A stretch of 64,000 bases of DNA from IMG/VR virus record IMGVR_UViG_3300048574_000421; one strand, given 5' to 3'. Position 1 is the stretch's first letter. The number at the start of each line of letters is the position of its first letter. Below, piece after piece: positions 46,514-57,300 of the stretch. A program made the translations under genes and the position numbers. The notes beneath the pieces are model-generated. The model was given only the letters and a program-made list of their open reading frames with translations. It did no database searches and was not told the DNA's origin. Source of the stretch: a virus. Lineage: Duplodnaviria > Heunggongvirae > Uroviricota > Caudoviricetes.

Positions 46514-49450
46514 CTATTTTGTTACTATTCTTTCTTCAAGATGAAATAAATCAACAAGAATGTTCTCACCAATTTCACCTGTATGTACACCTTTATTACC
46601 TATTTGTACCATAAGATAAAGTTGTCCTGTTGTTTTATTTCTAACCAAAATTGGCATAATAAATTCAGCATAAGTAGAATCAACTAAAGGCTCTTCAAAA
46701 ATAACTTCTAACATTGGTAAACCGAAGAAACCTCTTGGTGCTTGCAATGTTGGCATTGTATAATCTTCTGACCATAATTGTCCTCCACCATGATATCCAT
46801 ATAGATCATATGTTGCAGTTGACCAAAAATCTGAATTATAACGTTTTTTTCCACAACTTGAAATCTCTATTGCAGTTCCATTTCTTAAATGATCATCAAA
46901 TGAACCTGGTAATCTTGGTGAAACAGGAGTGTATGCTTGATTTGAAGTACCGCTTGAACCTGTAACGCTTATAGTTCCTCCACCAGTACCATTATTAAAG
47001 AAAACACCTTTTTCTCTTTTATAAGTTAAAGAAAGTGTTTGACCTCCGACAGAACTACCCTGATAAGGAGTGTATGAATAAATCATTCTTATGTCGGCAC
47101 CATCATGTGGTGCTCCAAGATAGTCGCAATCAATCCACACAGATTGTCTATCAGCCATAGAATTTATATAACTATTATTATATGACTGCGAACAATCAAT
47201 AATATAACCACCAATATCGTACCCATAACCTGCACTTTGTCTGACTTTTATTCTTGTGCCTGCCCATTTGAATTGTGATTCAGTAGCACCTGTAGGAATT
47301 GGCCATATATCACCTGTTTGATTACACAATATTATTCTCGATCCAATAGCAGAACCTGTAACAACTTTATGTTCAAGAACAAAACTTAAAGCAGAACCTT
47401 GATACATATATCCAAGTAATTCGATTTCTGAACCTACACCTGAAGGAATATATTGTAGTGATGACAGTGTTCCAATAAAACTATCTTCTTCTAACAAAAT
47501 TTTGTTTTCAGAAATTATTAAATCAGAAACTTGAAGTCTTGTTACGACTTGTTGCATTGCAATCTCTGTACCACCTGTAGCTGAAGTATAAACACCTCGT
47601 AAATGTTGTAAAGGATATGGTACGTGAACAGTTTTCGCTGTCTTATTAAGAGTCTCAACTTGTAATGTTCGTGTTGTCCCATTTTTTTCTGATGTAGTTT
47701 GAATCAAAGGCGAAATCTTTATTTGTTTACGTTGTTTAACTAGATTAGTCTCCGTAAATGTTTCAGTGTTTGTTTTATTCTCAAATGGATGTTGTAATAA
47801 ATCCTGATAACGCATTGTTTCAGTCTTTATATTTGAACCTCTAACAACTGTTCCACTAGAACCAAATGCAGAAGCATTAAAATACTGAACTCTTAAAAGT
47901 TCATCAGGTGTATAAGTAAGACCTTGATTAACAGGAAATTCAAGATCATAATAGACCCAAATACTATAACTTGTTCCAACCCAGACACCAGGAGGCAAAG
48001 CATAAGTTGCTTGATCTGTATTTAAACCTGCCCAGGCACCTCCTATTATAGGTGTTTTTGCAGTGTCTTCTAAATAAAGACGAGGTGTTGATTTTATAAT
48101 TGTTCCAACAGGTAATCTTGTAGTAGTCTTAAAAACAATTGTATTGCCTATTGCCCAATTTCCTGTACCTGCACCTCTATAAACATCTAAAGCTGTACTA
48201 AAAGTTGTTGTTGTAACTTTAGCAAAAATATCAGACTGTTGTGTGATTGCATCAGACCAATAAATTCTCTTTCCACTTGCTCCAGCATTAGAAAGAAAAT
48301 CATTATAACCAAGAACGTCAGTGTCAGAAATCGAATCATATGCAAGCATTTGTTGCCAATTAGTTCTCAATGTCCCTCTAAAAAGTTTGTCTAAATTTTG
48401 CTCCATTATTTTTTGATAGTCTAATGACAAAGCAATTTTATTTCTAAGATCAACAATATCAGTAGCATCAATTCCATCATTAAATTTTTTATCAGGCCTG
48501 TCAGAAACAAGACTTGAAAGTGGCGTTGAGTTTCCAGCTTGATTATAAGGTACAGATGCTAAATCGCCTGCTGTATCATTATAAGGGTTTGTTCCTCTTC
48601 TACTAATTTTGAACATAGGTATTGCATAAACATAACCGTCAACAGTTTTCAAAGTCGTTTGTGAAGCTTGATTCCCACTTCCTGCACGCCATAAACCTGC
48701 ATCACCAAGTTCTGTAGCCATATTTGTGAAACCATAACCTGTAAGTTGAGGTGAGTTTCCAGCACCTTGAGCTTGAACAGAACTGTTTTCAAAACCTGAA
48801 GAATCAGTGTTTGTAAAAACTACATCAGAAACACAACGTATTCGATATTGTATTTGTACACGTTCAGAAGTTTCTTCATCAAACACAGTATCAATTGAAT
48901 CATCAGGCAAATTTGTTCCTGTAAATTGAACATTTCCAAACTTATACACATATTCACTTGTTGGTTTATTCTGATTATAAGGAACATTATTTTCATCTCT
49001 TGCTCTGAGTTGTGCTCTCCATACTTCTAAAAACACAAAATCAGTACGTCGACTGCTTGGAGCTTCTAAAACTATACAATTCAAAATAGAACTTGTGAAA
49101 TTTGTTCCACCAACAAGAAGCGGCCAACCATTTACTATTGCATTTGGCAATGCTAATTCTTGTTGATTTTCTTGAGCGTAAAACTCTACTGTATTTGAAA
49201 TACCTGAGTTTGTCGAATGTTTATTTTTACCTAAATTTAACCAACCACTTGGTAAAACAGAACGTATTGTGTTAGTGAACATTTCCATTGACAAATCATT
49301 AATCAAATTCCACTCTGAATCTAATGCTGGCTTACCTGTCCTCCAAATGACATTTGTATAAGACTTGTAGTTTGTTTGTATTGTCCTTGAAACTATTTCT
49401 TCAGAAGGTGTCAGTTTTAAAGCATTATAATTATTTGTCCCTAGATTCAT
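46514..49450 (-). CDS. large virion protein, probably tail fibre/tailspike-like (978 aa)
   Basis: G/T/S/N-rich composition and its position next to other fibre genes. No catalytic motif recognised. Confidence 0.45.
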   Translation of the reverse strand: MNLGTNNYNALKLTPSEEIVSRTIQTNYKSYTNVIWRTGKPALDSEWNLINDLSMEMFTNTIRSVLPSGWLNLGKNKHSTNSGISNTVEFYAQENQQELALPNAIVNGWPLLVGGTNFTSSILNCIVLEAPSSRRTDFVFLEVWRAQLRARDENNVPYNQNKPTSEYVYKFGNVQFTGTNLPDDSIDTVFDEETSERVQIQYRIRCVSDVVFTNTDSSGFENSSVQAQGAGNSPQLTGYGFTNMATELGDAGLWRAGSGNQASQTTLKTVDGYVYAIPMFKISRRGTNPYNDTAGDLASVPYNQAGNSTPLSSLVSDRPDKKFNDGIDATDIVDLRNKIALSLDYQKIMEQNLDKLFRGTLRTNWQQMLAYDSISDTDVLGYNDFLSNAGASGKRIYWSDAITQQSDIFAKVTTTTFSTALDVYRGAGTGNWAIGNTIVFKTTTRLPVGTIIKSTPRLYLEDTAKTPIIGGAWAGLNTDQATYALPPGVWVGTSYSIWVYYDLEFPVNQGLTYTPDELLRVQYFNASAFGSSGTVVRGSNIKTETMRYQDLLQHPFENKTNTETFTETNLVKQRKQIKISPLIQTTSEKNGTTRTLQVETLNKTAKTVHVPYPLQHLRGVYTSATGGTEIAMQQVVTRLQVSDLIISENKILLEEDSFIGTLSSLQYIPSGVGSEIELLGYMYQGSALSFVLEHKVVTGSAIGSRIILCNQTGDIWPIPTGATESQFKWAGTRIKVRQSAGYGYDIGGYIIDCSQSYNNSYINSMADRQSVWIDCDYLGAPHDGADIRMIYSYTPYQGSSVGGQTLSLTYKREKGVFFNNGTGGGTISVTGSSGTSNQAYTPVSPRLPGSFDDHLRNGTAIEISSCGKKRYNSDFWSTATYDLYGYHGGGQLWSEDYTMPTLQAPRGFFGLPMLEVIFEEPLVDSTYAEFIMPILVRNKTTGQLYLMVQIGNKGVHTGEIGENILVDLFHLEERIVTK

Positions 49451-49784
49451 TTTTTATCTCCTTAAAATTAGTTGCATTCAAAACAAAAATACTGTCTTTT
49501 TGTTCTTGTATAATTTTTCTTAACTTAATTTCAGCATCTTTGCCATAAAGACTTTTTGCATATTGTACTAACATAAACCAAATATTACTCACTAAACTTT
49601 CAAATTTTTTTTCTTGACTTCTGGTATCAATTCCAATATCTGAAAGTAATCTTTCTAAATCCAAATCAGTGTATCTATAATGACTTCCAACAATTTTAGG
49701 CTCTATACCTTTGTTTTTGCATAATTTATAAAATGTAGGTTTTGAGATTTTTAAAATCTCTAATACATCTTTTGTCGAATACAT
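49431..49784 (-). CDS. excisionase/MerR-like helix-turn-helix DNA-binding protein
   Basis: N-terminal YSTKDVLEILKISKPTFYKLCKNKGIEP is an HTH_17-like motif. Confidence 0.5.
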   Translation of the reverse strand: MYSTKDVLEILKISKPTFYKLCKNKGIEPKIVGSHYRYTDLDLERLLSDIGIDTRSQEKKFESLVSNIWFMLVQYAKSLYGKDAEIKLRKIIQEQKDSIFVLNATNFKEIKNESRDK

Positions 49785-49991
49785 TTATTTACACTCAGTC
49801 TGAATTCTTCTTATTGCATAAACATTCAGCTCTAAAATATCTTTAGATGTGACTTTAGACTCTAGTTTGAGTTTATTTTGAAGCTCTGCAAAAATTTTAT
49901 CTCTCAAATCTGTGCGACTTCTTATTTTTTCAGGTAACTGCTCCCAATTAAATGAAAGCGTTCCATCAGTAAAATATTGAACTAGTTGCAT
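49785..49991 (-). CDS. small hypothetical protein (68 aa)
   Basis: ORF track. Confidence 0.3.
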   Translation of the reverse strand: MQLVQYFTDGTLSFNWEQLPEKIRSRTDLRDKIFAELQNKLKLESKVTSKDILELNVYAIRRIQTECK

Positions 49992-50127
49992 ATTGTTTCC
50001 CGTTTTTACCGTTTTTTACTTGGCATATAATAATAAGTTCATAATAAATGCTGTAGAAAATTTTTTAAATATTGATTTTCTCTTGCTGTTTTTTTTAATA
50101 ATTTATGTAAGTCAAAAGGAGTTTAAG

Positions 50128-50553
50128 ATGAATTTCACAGGTGAAGTCAAAAAATTCAAAAAAGTAATAGAGTTTTTTGAAGAAAAACTGAAATACAAAG
50201 ATTTTTCAGTTCTAAAAGAAATAAAGCTAAATATTGGCTATAGTTTTTATGGTGCTTGTATATACCCATATAAATGCAATAACTTTTATTTAATAAAATG
50301 TAGACTCAAAAAACAATCTTATCCCAATTATTCATCTTTTTATATTCGGAAAAAAGAGTCTTGCTTACTTCTTAAAACAATTATGACTTGTGACAATTAT
50401 TTTGATGATATGATTTGGGTAGTTGGCCATGAACTTTTTCATTATTTAAGAGATACACGTCAAATCGAAGGAAAAAACACTGAAGCACAAGCAAACGAAT
50501 TTGGACTTAAGTGCCTTAAAGAATTTCAACGCAACCATTCTACGACTTTGTAA
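50128..50553 (+). CDS. HEXXH zinc metallopeptidase-like protein (ImmA/IrrE- or SprT-like). It is the only plus-strand gene in the window.
   Basis: Motif VVGHELFHYLRD. The probable start is the ATG at 50128, preceded by AAAGGAG at a spacing of 7 nt. The track ORF starts at 49993 but has no RBS there. A sigma-70-like TTGATT ... TAATAA lies upstream at about 50072-50102. Confidence 0.5.
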   Translation: MNFTGEVKKFKKVIEFFEEKLKYKDFSVLKEIKLNIGYSFYGACIYPYKCNNFYLIKCRLKKQSYPNYSSFYIRKKESCLLLKTIMTCDNYFDDMIWVVGHELFHYLRDTRQIEGKNTEAQANEFGLKCLKEFQRNHSTTL

Positions 50554-50625
50554 GACACATCAGAACGATATGAATATAGAACTATAAAGGCTCTAAAACA
50601 ATGTCTTAAAGCCTTTATAAGTTGA

Positions 50626-51174
50626 TTAAAAAACTAATTTCCACATCAATGTTAATTGTGAAGCAGCTGTTTTGTTCAAAACGGGAAAGTGCTTTGCATT
50701 TACTCTAGTACCATTGTTCTCAAGTAATGCATTAGCACCACCAAAAAGACCCATTTCAACTATAGGTCCATTTGCTTCAGAAAAATCAAATAACGTAGTA
50801 AACTCAATTTTATTTGTTTTTGTCAATACAGGATTTCCATTATTATCAACATATGTTTTGCTTGTAATAGGTTTTCTGTAAAGCTCACTATACAAAAACT
50901 CTAAATCTGATGTTTCTTCAGGTGGATTCTGAATGTCCCAACCACTACCACCTGTGCCTACAGCTAAAGATACAATTCCTGGAATATGTTCTGCAACATT
51001 AACAATTATACTTGTAAAAGCCCATTGAGCAATAAGTTCACTACAAATATCAACAATCAAGTTGTCATCATGTCTGTCTGGGTTTTTAAGAATCTCTTCT
51101 CTTGTCAAATTAACACCGAGTTTCATCCAGACTTCACCTTTAAGACGAACAATCCCGTTTTCTAACAATTCCAT
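50626..51174 (-). CDS. hypothetical phage structural-like protein (182 aa)
   Basis: Strong GGAGG RBS. Gly-rich beta segments (GIVSLAVGTGGSGWD). It sits between fibre genes. Confidence 0.4.
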   Translation of the reverse strand: MELLENGIVRLKGEVWMKLGVNLTREEILKNPDRHDDNLIVDICSELIAQWAFTSIIVNVAEHIPGIVSLAVGTGGSGWDIQNPPEETSDLEFLYSELYRKPITSKTYVDNNGNPVLTKTNKIEFTTLFDFSEANGPIVEMGLFGGANALLENNGTRVNAKHFPVLNKTAASQLTLMWKLVF

Positions 51175-51185
51175 TTAAAACCTCC

Positions 51186-51293
51186 CTAGAGTTTAATTAC
51201 TTTTTTATTCCCGTTTTTATCTACCAAAACGGCAACTACAGATTCTTTTGGTTTTTGAATCTTTTCAGTGTTTTGGTTTTTTTTCTTATCCAT
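51186..51293 (-). CDS. small lysine-rich ORF (35 aa), not in the ORF track
   Basis: Hand translation gives MDKKKNQNTEKIQKPKESVVAVLVDKNGNKKVIKL*. An AAGGA sits 7 nt upstream. It fills the gap between the giant fibre gene stop and the next gene. Confidence 0.3.
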   Translation of the reverse strand: MDKKKNQNTEKIQKPKESVVAVLVDKNGNKKVIKL

Positions 51294-51303
51294 AGTATTT
51301 TCC

Positions 51304-54300
51304 TTAAGACCAAGTTACTGTATAAACATCTTGTATTCTACACATCTTATTTGTGATAGAAACAGCACCTAAACGATATCTTGTATCATTCAAATATGTA
51401 AAATAAATATCTGGTTGCTTCCCTGATTCAATTGAATATTTTTTTACGAACTCTCCTAGAATAAGTGGTTCTCTAAACTCTGAAATCCTGTCAAAATCTT
51501 CAGGAAAATCTGGGTTAGTAATTGTTGGATCTTCTTCAATACTTCCAGGGTATGGTAATCCAATATATGGTTCTCCAACATAAAGTAAAGCTACACCCAA
51601 AGTAGGTTTATCACACACATGAGCATGAGGCATTACTTCGGGTATTTGAATTCTACCAATTATTTCTCTTGTAATAATTGATTTTCTTTTTTCAATAAGC
51701 ATATCAACAGCATTATTTTCAAGATTAAAATCATCACTTGCTGTATCTTCAACATAGAAATATTCACTACCACCACCAAAAACGCTGTCAGGATCGTTAA
51801 GATAAAATGTCACAATTCTATAAATGAAATATTGATTGTACAAGTATGTCACTTCAATAACATCACCCCAAATAGGTACAGTATCAATAACAACAAGTCC
51901 TGTTAAAGGATCAATACTCAAAACAACAACAGGTGAACCATTAATTGTTACTATTATATCATCTGTTGTTGCAACGTGTGTTGAATCACTAAGAACAGGT
52001 ATTCTACTAATATAAAAGAAATTTTCTGATCCAGTAAACTGAGGTGATACATTGTCTGTGTATGTCTCTAATGCAGCCAAACCTTCACTACAATCTTCAC
52101 GCACATCTTCTTCAAAACGACTTACAAAACTATATTTGAATCTGTCACAAATAGCAGTGTCAGATTGTGTCTCAGCAGCTTGATAACCGTCATAAGCAAT
52201 TTGAGGAACTCTATTACCAAACTGATCTATCACATAATTTCCAAACAAATCTTTTTCCCATAAAAGAACGCAGCCAGCTTGAAAATCAAATGAATCTGTC
52301 CAAGAAAAACGTTGTACTACAAAAACATGTGCAGGTTTAACAAGATTAAAAACGTGCGTTAAATTATTACTTAAAGCAACTAAATCAACACCTGTAAATT
52401 TTTCATTTATAATAATATCAGCTGTAAAAACAAATTGATCAGAAATATCAGAACCTTTTGTGAATACAACTTCAATAATTTTCACATCGGTCCCGAGAAA
52501 CAGTGCAACACCTTCTTCAATTGATGACTTCAAAGATCCTTTAAAAAAAATCGATATTAAAGAAAGAAGCAACCTTCTATAATCATCATGAGAAAGACCT
52601 GTCACAGGTTTTGTATCAAGCAAATAACCTAGTTTTTCATAAAGATATAAAGGTCTTAGTGTATCATAATCTCTATCTAAATCGAGGTCATTAAAACTAT
52701 CTTGGTACCTTGAAAGTTCTAACGAAATCGCTTTATGATGCCCATAAAAGTTAGTCGATTTTGAACGAGAATAATTACTTGCAATATTCTGTTGTATATC
52801 ATTTATGTACTCTAATGCAACTCTATTCAGGTAATTCCTTTTTTTCACTGATGTTGTTGCATAAATATGAGGAATGAAAACATAAGAAAAAACATCCATC
52901 ACATTATTAGAATTGTCTGAAGAATAAATTTTAACAGAGACAGGCACTTTATGCTCAAAACTAAAACTTGGACTTGCAAAAACCAAGTAACCTTTTCCTC
53001 TTTCAATAAAAGAGAAGTTCAAGTTTTCTTCTGGCAAATAAAAATCTACAATGTTTTGTTGCTTAATATCTAAACTTCCAACATTCAACAATAACGTACT
53101 TTCAGTTTGTTCAAATCTTGCATCTATAATTTCAGCTGAATAATCAGGTAAACTATTCAAATACAATTCAATCTTTTTAATTGTATTATAGTTTGACTCA
53201 TAAAAGCTTATCGAAATATCTTTTAATGAATCAACATAAGTTGTCAAAGATTTGTTATAAATTTGCAGTGTTGCTGAACTTGCAGAACCTGTATATTGAA
53301 CTTTTAAAATATTTCTAAAATTAATCTTAAAATCTATACTATTTATATTTACTACAACAGTTTTTATGTTTACACCAGACTGACTATCATCTATAAAAGC
53401 AATTACGTTAGAGTTTGTTGAAACATCTTGAACATTAGGTGCAGGATATGTTTCTCTTACCCAAGGACTTGTCAAATCAGGTTTAATTAAATTAAACTCT
53501 AAAGTAGGCGTTACATTGCCAGCAAAATCTGTTATGTTTTTTACTTTTAAAATCTCTACATCTTGAAAATTCAAAAGTTGTGCTATCGGAGAGATAACTA
53601 CTGTATAAAGAGACTGTGTGCCTGTATAAGAAAAATATGAAGAATTTTTTTGTGTTGAATAAACAATTCCATCAACATCAATCTCAATAGAATCAATGTT
53701 CACACCAGATAAAGAATCACTAACTTGGAATGAAATCTGTGTTGTAGAATCTGTTATTATACAATCTACAGGTGAAAAATTCGATACTTCAGATGCTTCA
53801 AGATCAATATTGACAACTTGCGTCTTAATTGTTTCTATATTACCAGCATTGTCTATAGAAAAGAACTTTAATGTATAAGTTCCAGAAGAAGAGAACTCTA
53901 CAAAACTACCAGAAGGTGATGATATATTAGGATCAGTACCATCTGTTGTATAATATGTAGTAGCAACACCTGATCCTGTATCTACAACAACAAAATTAAT
54001 TATAGAATGTGAAGTATAACCCAGTAAAGGTGCATCTGTTGTTGTCTCTGGAGGTGTGATATCATATTTTACAACAGAAACTCTTTCTTGTTCTATGTTG
54101 CCTACATTGTCAGTACTATAATATGTAATTGTTACAGCACCCTCAACAGGCAATAAAAAGGGTACTCCAGTATACTCAATAAATGCTAAATCATCATTTA
54201 TTCTATAAAAAGTTTGATTTGCTCCTGAATAAACATCAATAACAGTAAAACTAATTTCAGGTTGTGTTCTATACCACCAGTTTTCACCATCAGGTGTTGA

Positions 54301-57300
54301 TGGGTCAATATTAATGATGGTAATAGGAGGATCAGCATCTACATTTAAAAGATTTCCACACGACTTTGTAGTTTCTTCATTTCCCGCAATATCAACAGAA
54401 AAATATTGCACGTCGTAGATTCCAGAAGAACCAAGATTTATTGTTGTCCCTTCAGATGAAACTCTTGAAGGGATTAAACCATCAGTAGTAAAGTAAGTCT
54501 TTGAAACACCAGAACCAGGCATTACATCATTTGGTGTTAACAATATTGTAATTGGAGCTTTTATCCAATCTGTAGTCGTAGGTGCATCGTCTGTAGTCAC
54601 AGGTGCAACTCTATCAAGTTTATAAGGTATTGATTTGATTTTGCTTTGTTTTTGTGGTACACCTGTTCCTAAGACAGTGTTGTTATCATAAACTTGAGCA
54701 TAAACTGAGTGCAAACCATCTTGCGAATAAAATTGCTCTAATGTTCTAGAAAAATGAACAAGGTAATTTACTCTATCATTTGACATGTCAACAAATTTAC
54801 TTACATCATTGTATACTTGTACTTCTGTGATTAAACTTGTACTTTCTAAACCTAAAGCTACTTTCTCAATTCCTATATAATGCGTATAATCTACAAGCAC
54901 TTTATCTTTTAAAGAGTAATGTGCTACATAAACTGCACCAGACAATGGACTTAAGATTGTTACAACTCTACTACCATCAAAAACATAATCTGTATCTTGT
55001 ATTAGAGGAATAGAATTTCTTGTGACTACTAAAGTACCTGACATTGGTACATTACTTAGATAATCAGTTGGTAAAGATTGACTGATGTCGAGATTTTGAT
55101 TGACGTCAATAACTAAAGGTATAGAATTTGCTATTGGTCCAGTAACTAAAATTTCATCATAAAATCCGTCAGATCCCTGAAGAATTTCTACACATACAAA
55201 TTGTTTTTTAGAAATTGATGTTTTTACACACTCTACAGTTTTTACAAACTGATTTGCAAGTTTAAACTTATAGTAAGTAGATGAATAGATATGGTTACTT
55301 GTTTTATCAACAGGCAAATAATCAGGGTTTGTACTTCCAAAACCAATAGTATTTCCAATTGATCTTAATTTATTTACACCTGTTGCCCATAATAAATTAA
55401 AATTATTTGTTGGATTTGTTTCTATTTTAAATGAATAACCTTCAGACACAGAACTTTCAGCTAAACTTACTACATAATTAAATGTACCTACATCATTGAG
55501 TCTGTTTTGGATTTCTGTAGCTAATTGTTGACTTGTATAAGTTCCAGCTGTAATAGTTGCAACTAATGGCACGCCAATTACTTCTTCAAAATCTATTGTA
55601 TCGTTTTGTGCAGTTACAACTATGTGTGTATTTGCTTCAACAACATCTTCATCAATTCTGTTTACGCGATCACTTGACCATAGTTCTACGTTTAAATCGA
55701 AATTATACTTGAACCAACCATTTTCTCCATTTTCTAAAGGATCAGTAACAAATTCAAGTTGTAAATCAGGTTCACGTTTGTCTATAGTGACTTCAAATTG
55801 AGCTTTTTTGACAGCTTCAGTATTTCCTGCTGCATCAACAGAATAATAAAAAATCTTATAAGTATCAGACAATGATAATTCTATTACAGTTCCCTCAACC
55901 CAAGTAGCAAGCTCAAAAGCATCTTCAGGTAACAAATTTTCATCATAATCTAACGAGTAATATGTATGTTCTATGTATGACGAAACATCTGTTGGGAACA
56001 AATGAACAACAACATCATAGTCAATAACGTAAGGTTGATATTGAGGATCAATTAGTGAATAATTTACAGAACTTGAAACTTGCGGATCATGTGATATATC
56101 GTAAGCATAAGCAATATCTATAACATCACCAAAAGAAAGAGGTATACCAGAAAATTTGTAATCAACCTCAAGTCTATCACCAAGATCTATCTGTTGTGTT
56201 CCTATAAGCACAAGATTTCCATCTTGTGTTGAAAGATTTCTGTTTATAGAGTAACTGCAACTTTTTGTTTTATTGTAAACCCTTAAAACATCATCAAAAC
56301 TCGAAAGCACTGAACTTCCAAGACCTAAAAGTTGTATATTAAAATCACCAAGTCTTGTAGAGTTTTCGTTTCTTATTATTGGTAAAACTTCAATTTCATC
56401 TTTGTCAACACCTGTAGCTTGAACAAAAACATATTCCTGTGATTTTGTTATGTTAAAAAATCGAGGTACAGCTACAACATTAGGTTTTTTTACTTTTACA
56501 TGATAAGGGTCAATAACAACAGGGTTTTCATCTATAACTTGTTGATGTCCTGAACCCCTTGTTGTAAAGATTATGCCTTGAAAATTTATTGTGTCATCAG
56601 AAGTAACAGGGTTTGTATAATCAAATTTATACAAAATACGTTGATGATCTTCTTCATTTCCTGCATAATCTATTGAATAGATTTCAAGATAATGTTCGCC
56701 TTGATTTGGAATTTGTATCTCAGTACCAACAACATACTCTTGCCAACAAGTCTCGTCCCATCTGTAATAAGTTCTATATACACCTGAAAGATTATCTTCA
56801 GTCGACAGTGTAATTATAGGATTTGTTATATACCAACCATTATTTCCATCAGGTTCGAAACTATTATTTACAGAAGTAACAGGATTTTCTGAGTCAAGTT
56901 TATAACGTTTTGATGCAATTTGACTTTGATTATCGTCATTATCTACTGAATAATATTCGATTTGCCAAAAATTATCAGCAGGAATTGTAAAAGGTACTGT
57001 GTATGGGACAAAAACAACAGTCTCAGTAAATGGAGACAGAAGTAGTGCATTTTGACCAAAAACTTCTTGAGTAGCATCATTACTTAAAACAGGTAAAAAT
57101 CTTATTTCTGAAGTAGAACTACCTGTTCCTGCTGTAGGTGACGTTAAAGTAACATATCCATTTCCAGACAAACCATCAGGGCCTGTCTCAGATGCAATAT
57201 TCTCTCCTGTAATAGAATTTATTGCGCCAATAATTTCTGTGATAGTAGTTTGAAAAGGTATGACACCTCTTAAATCAACTTCAAAAAATTGACCAGATTG

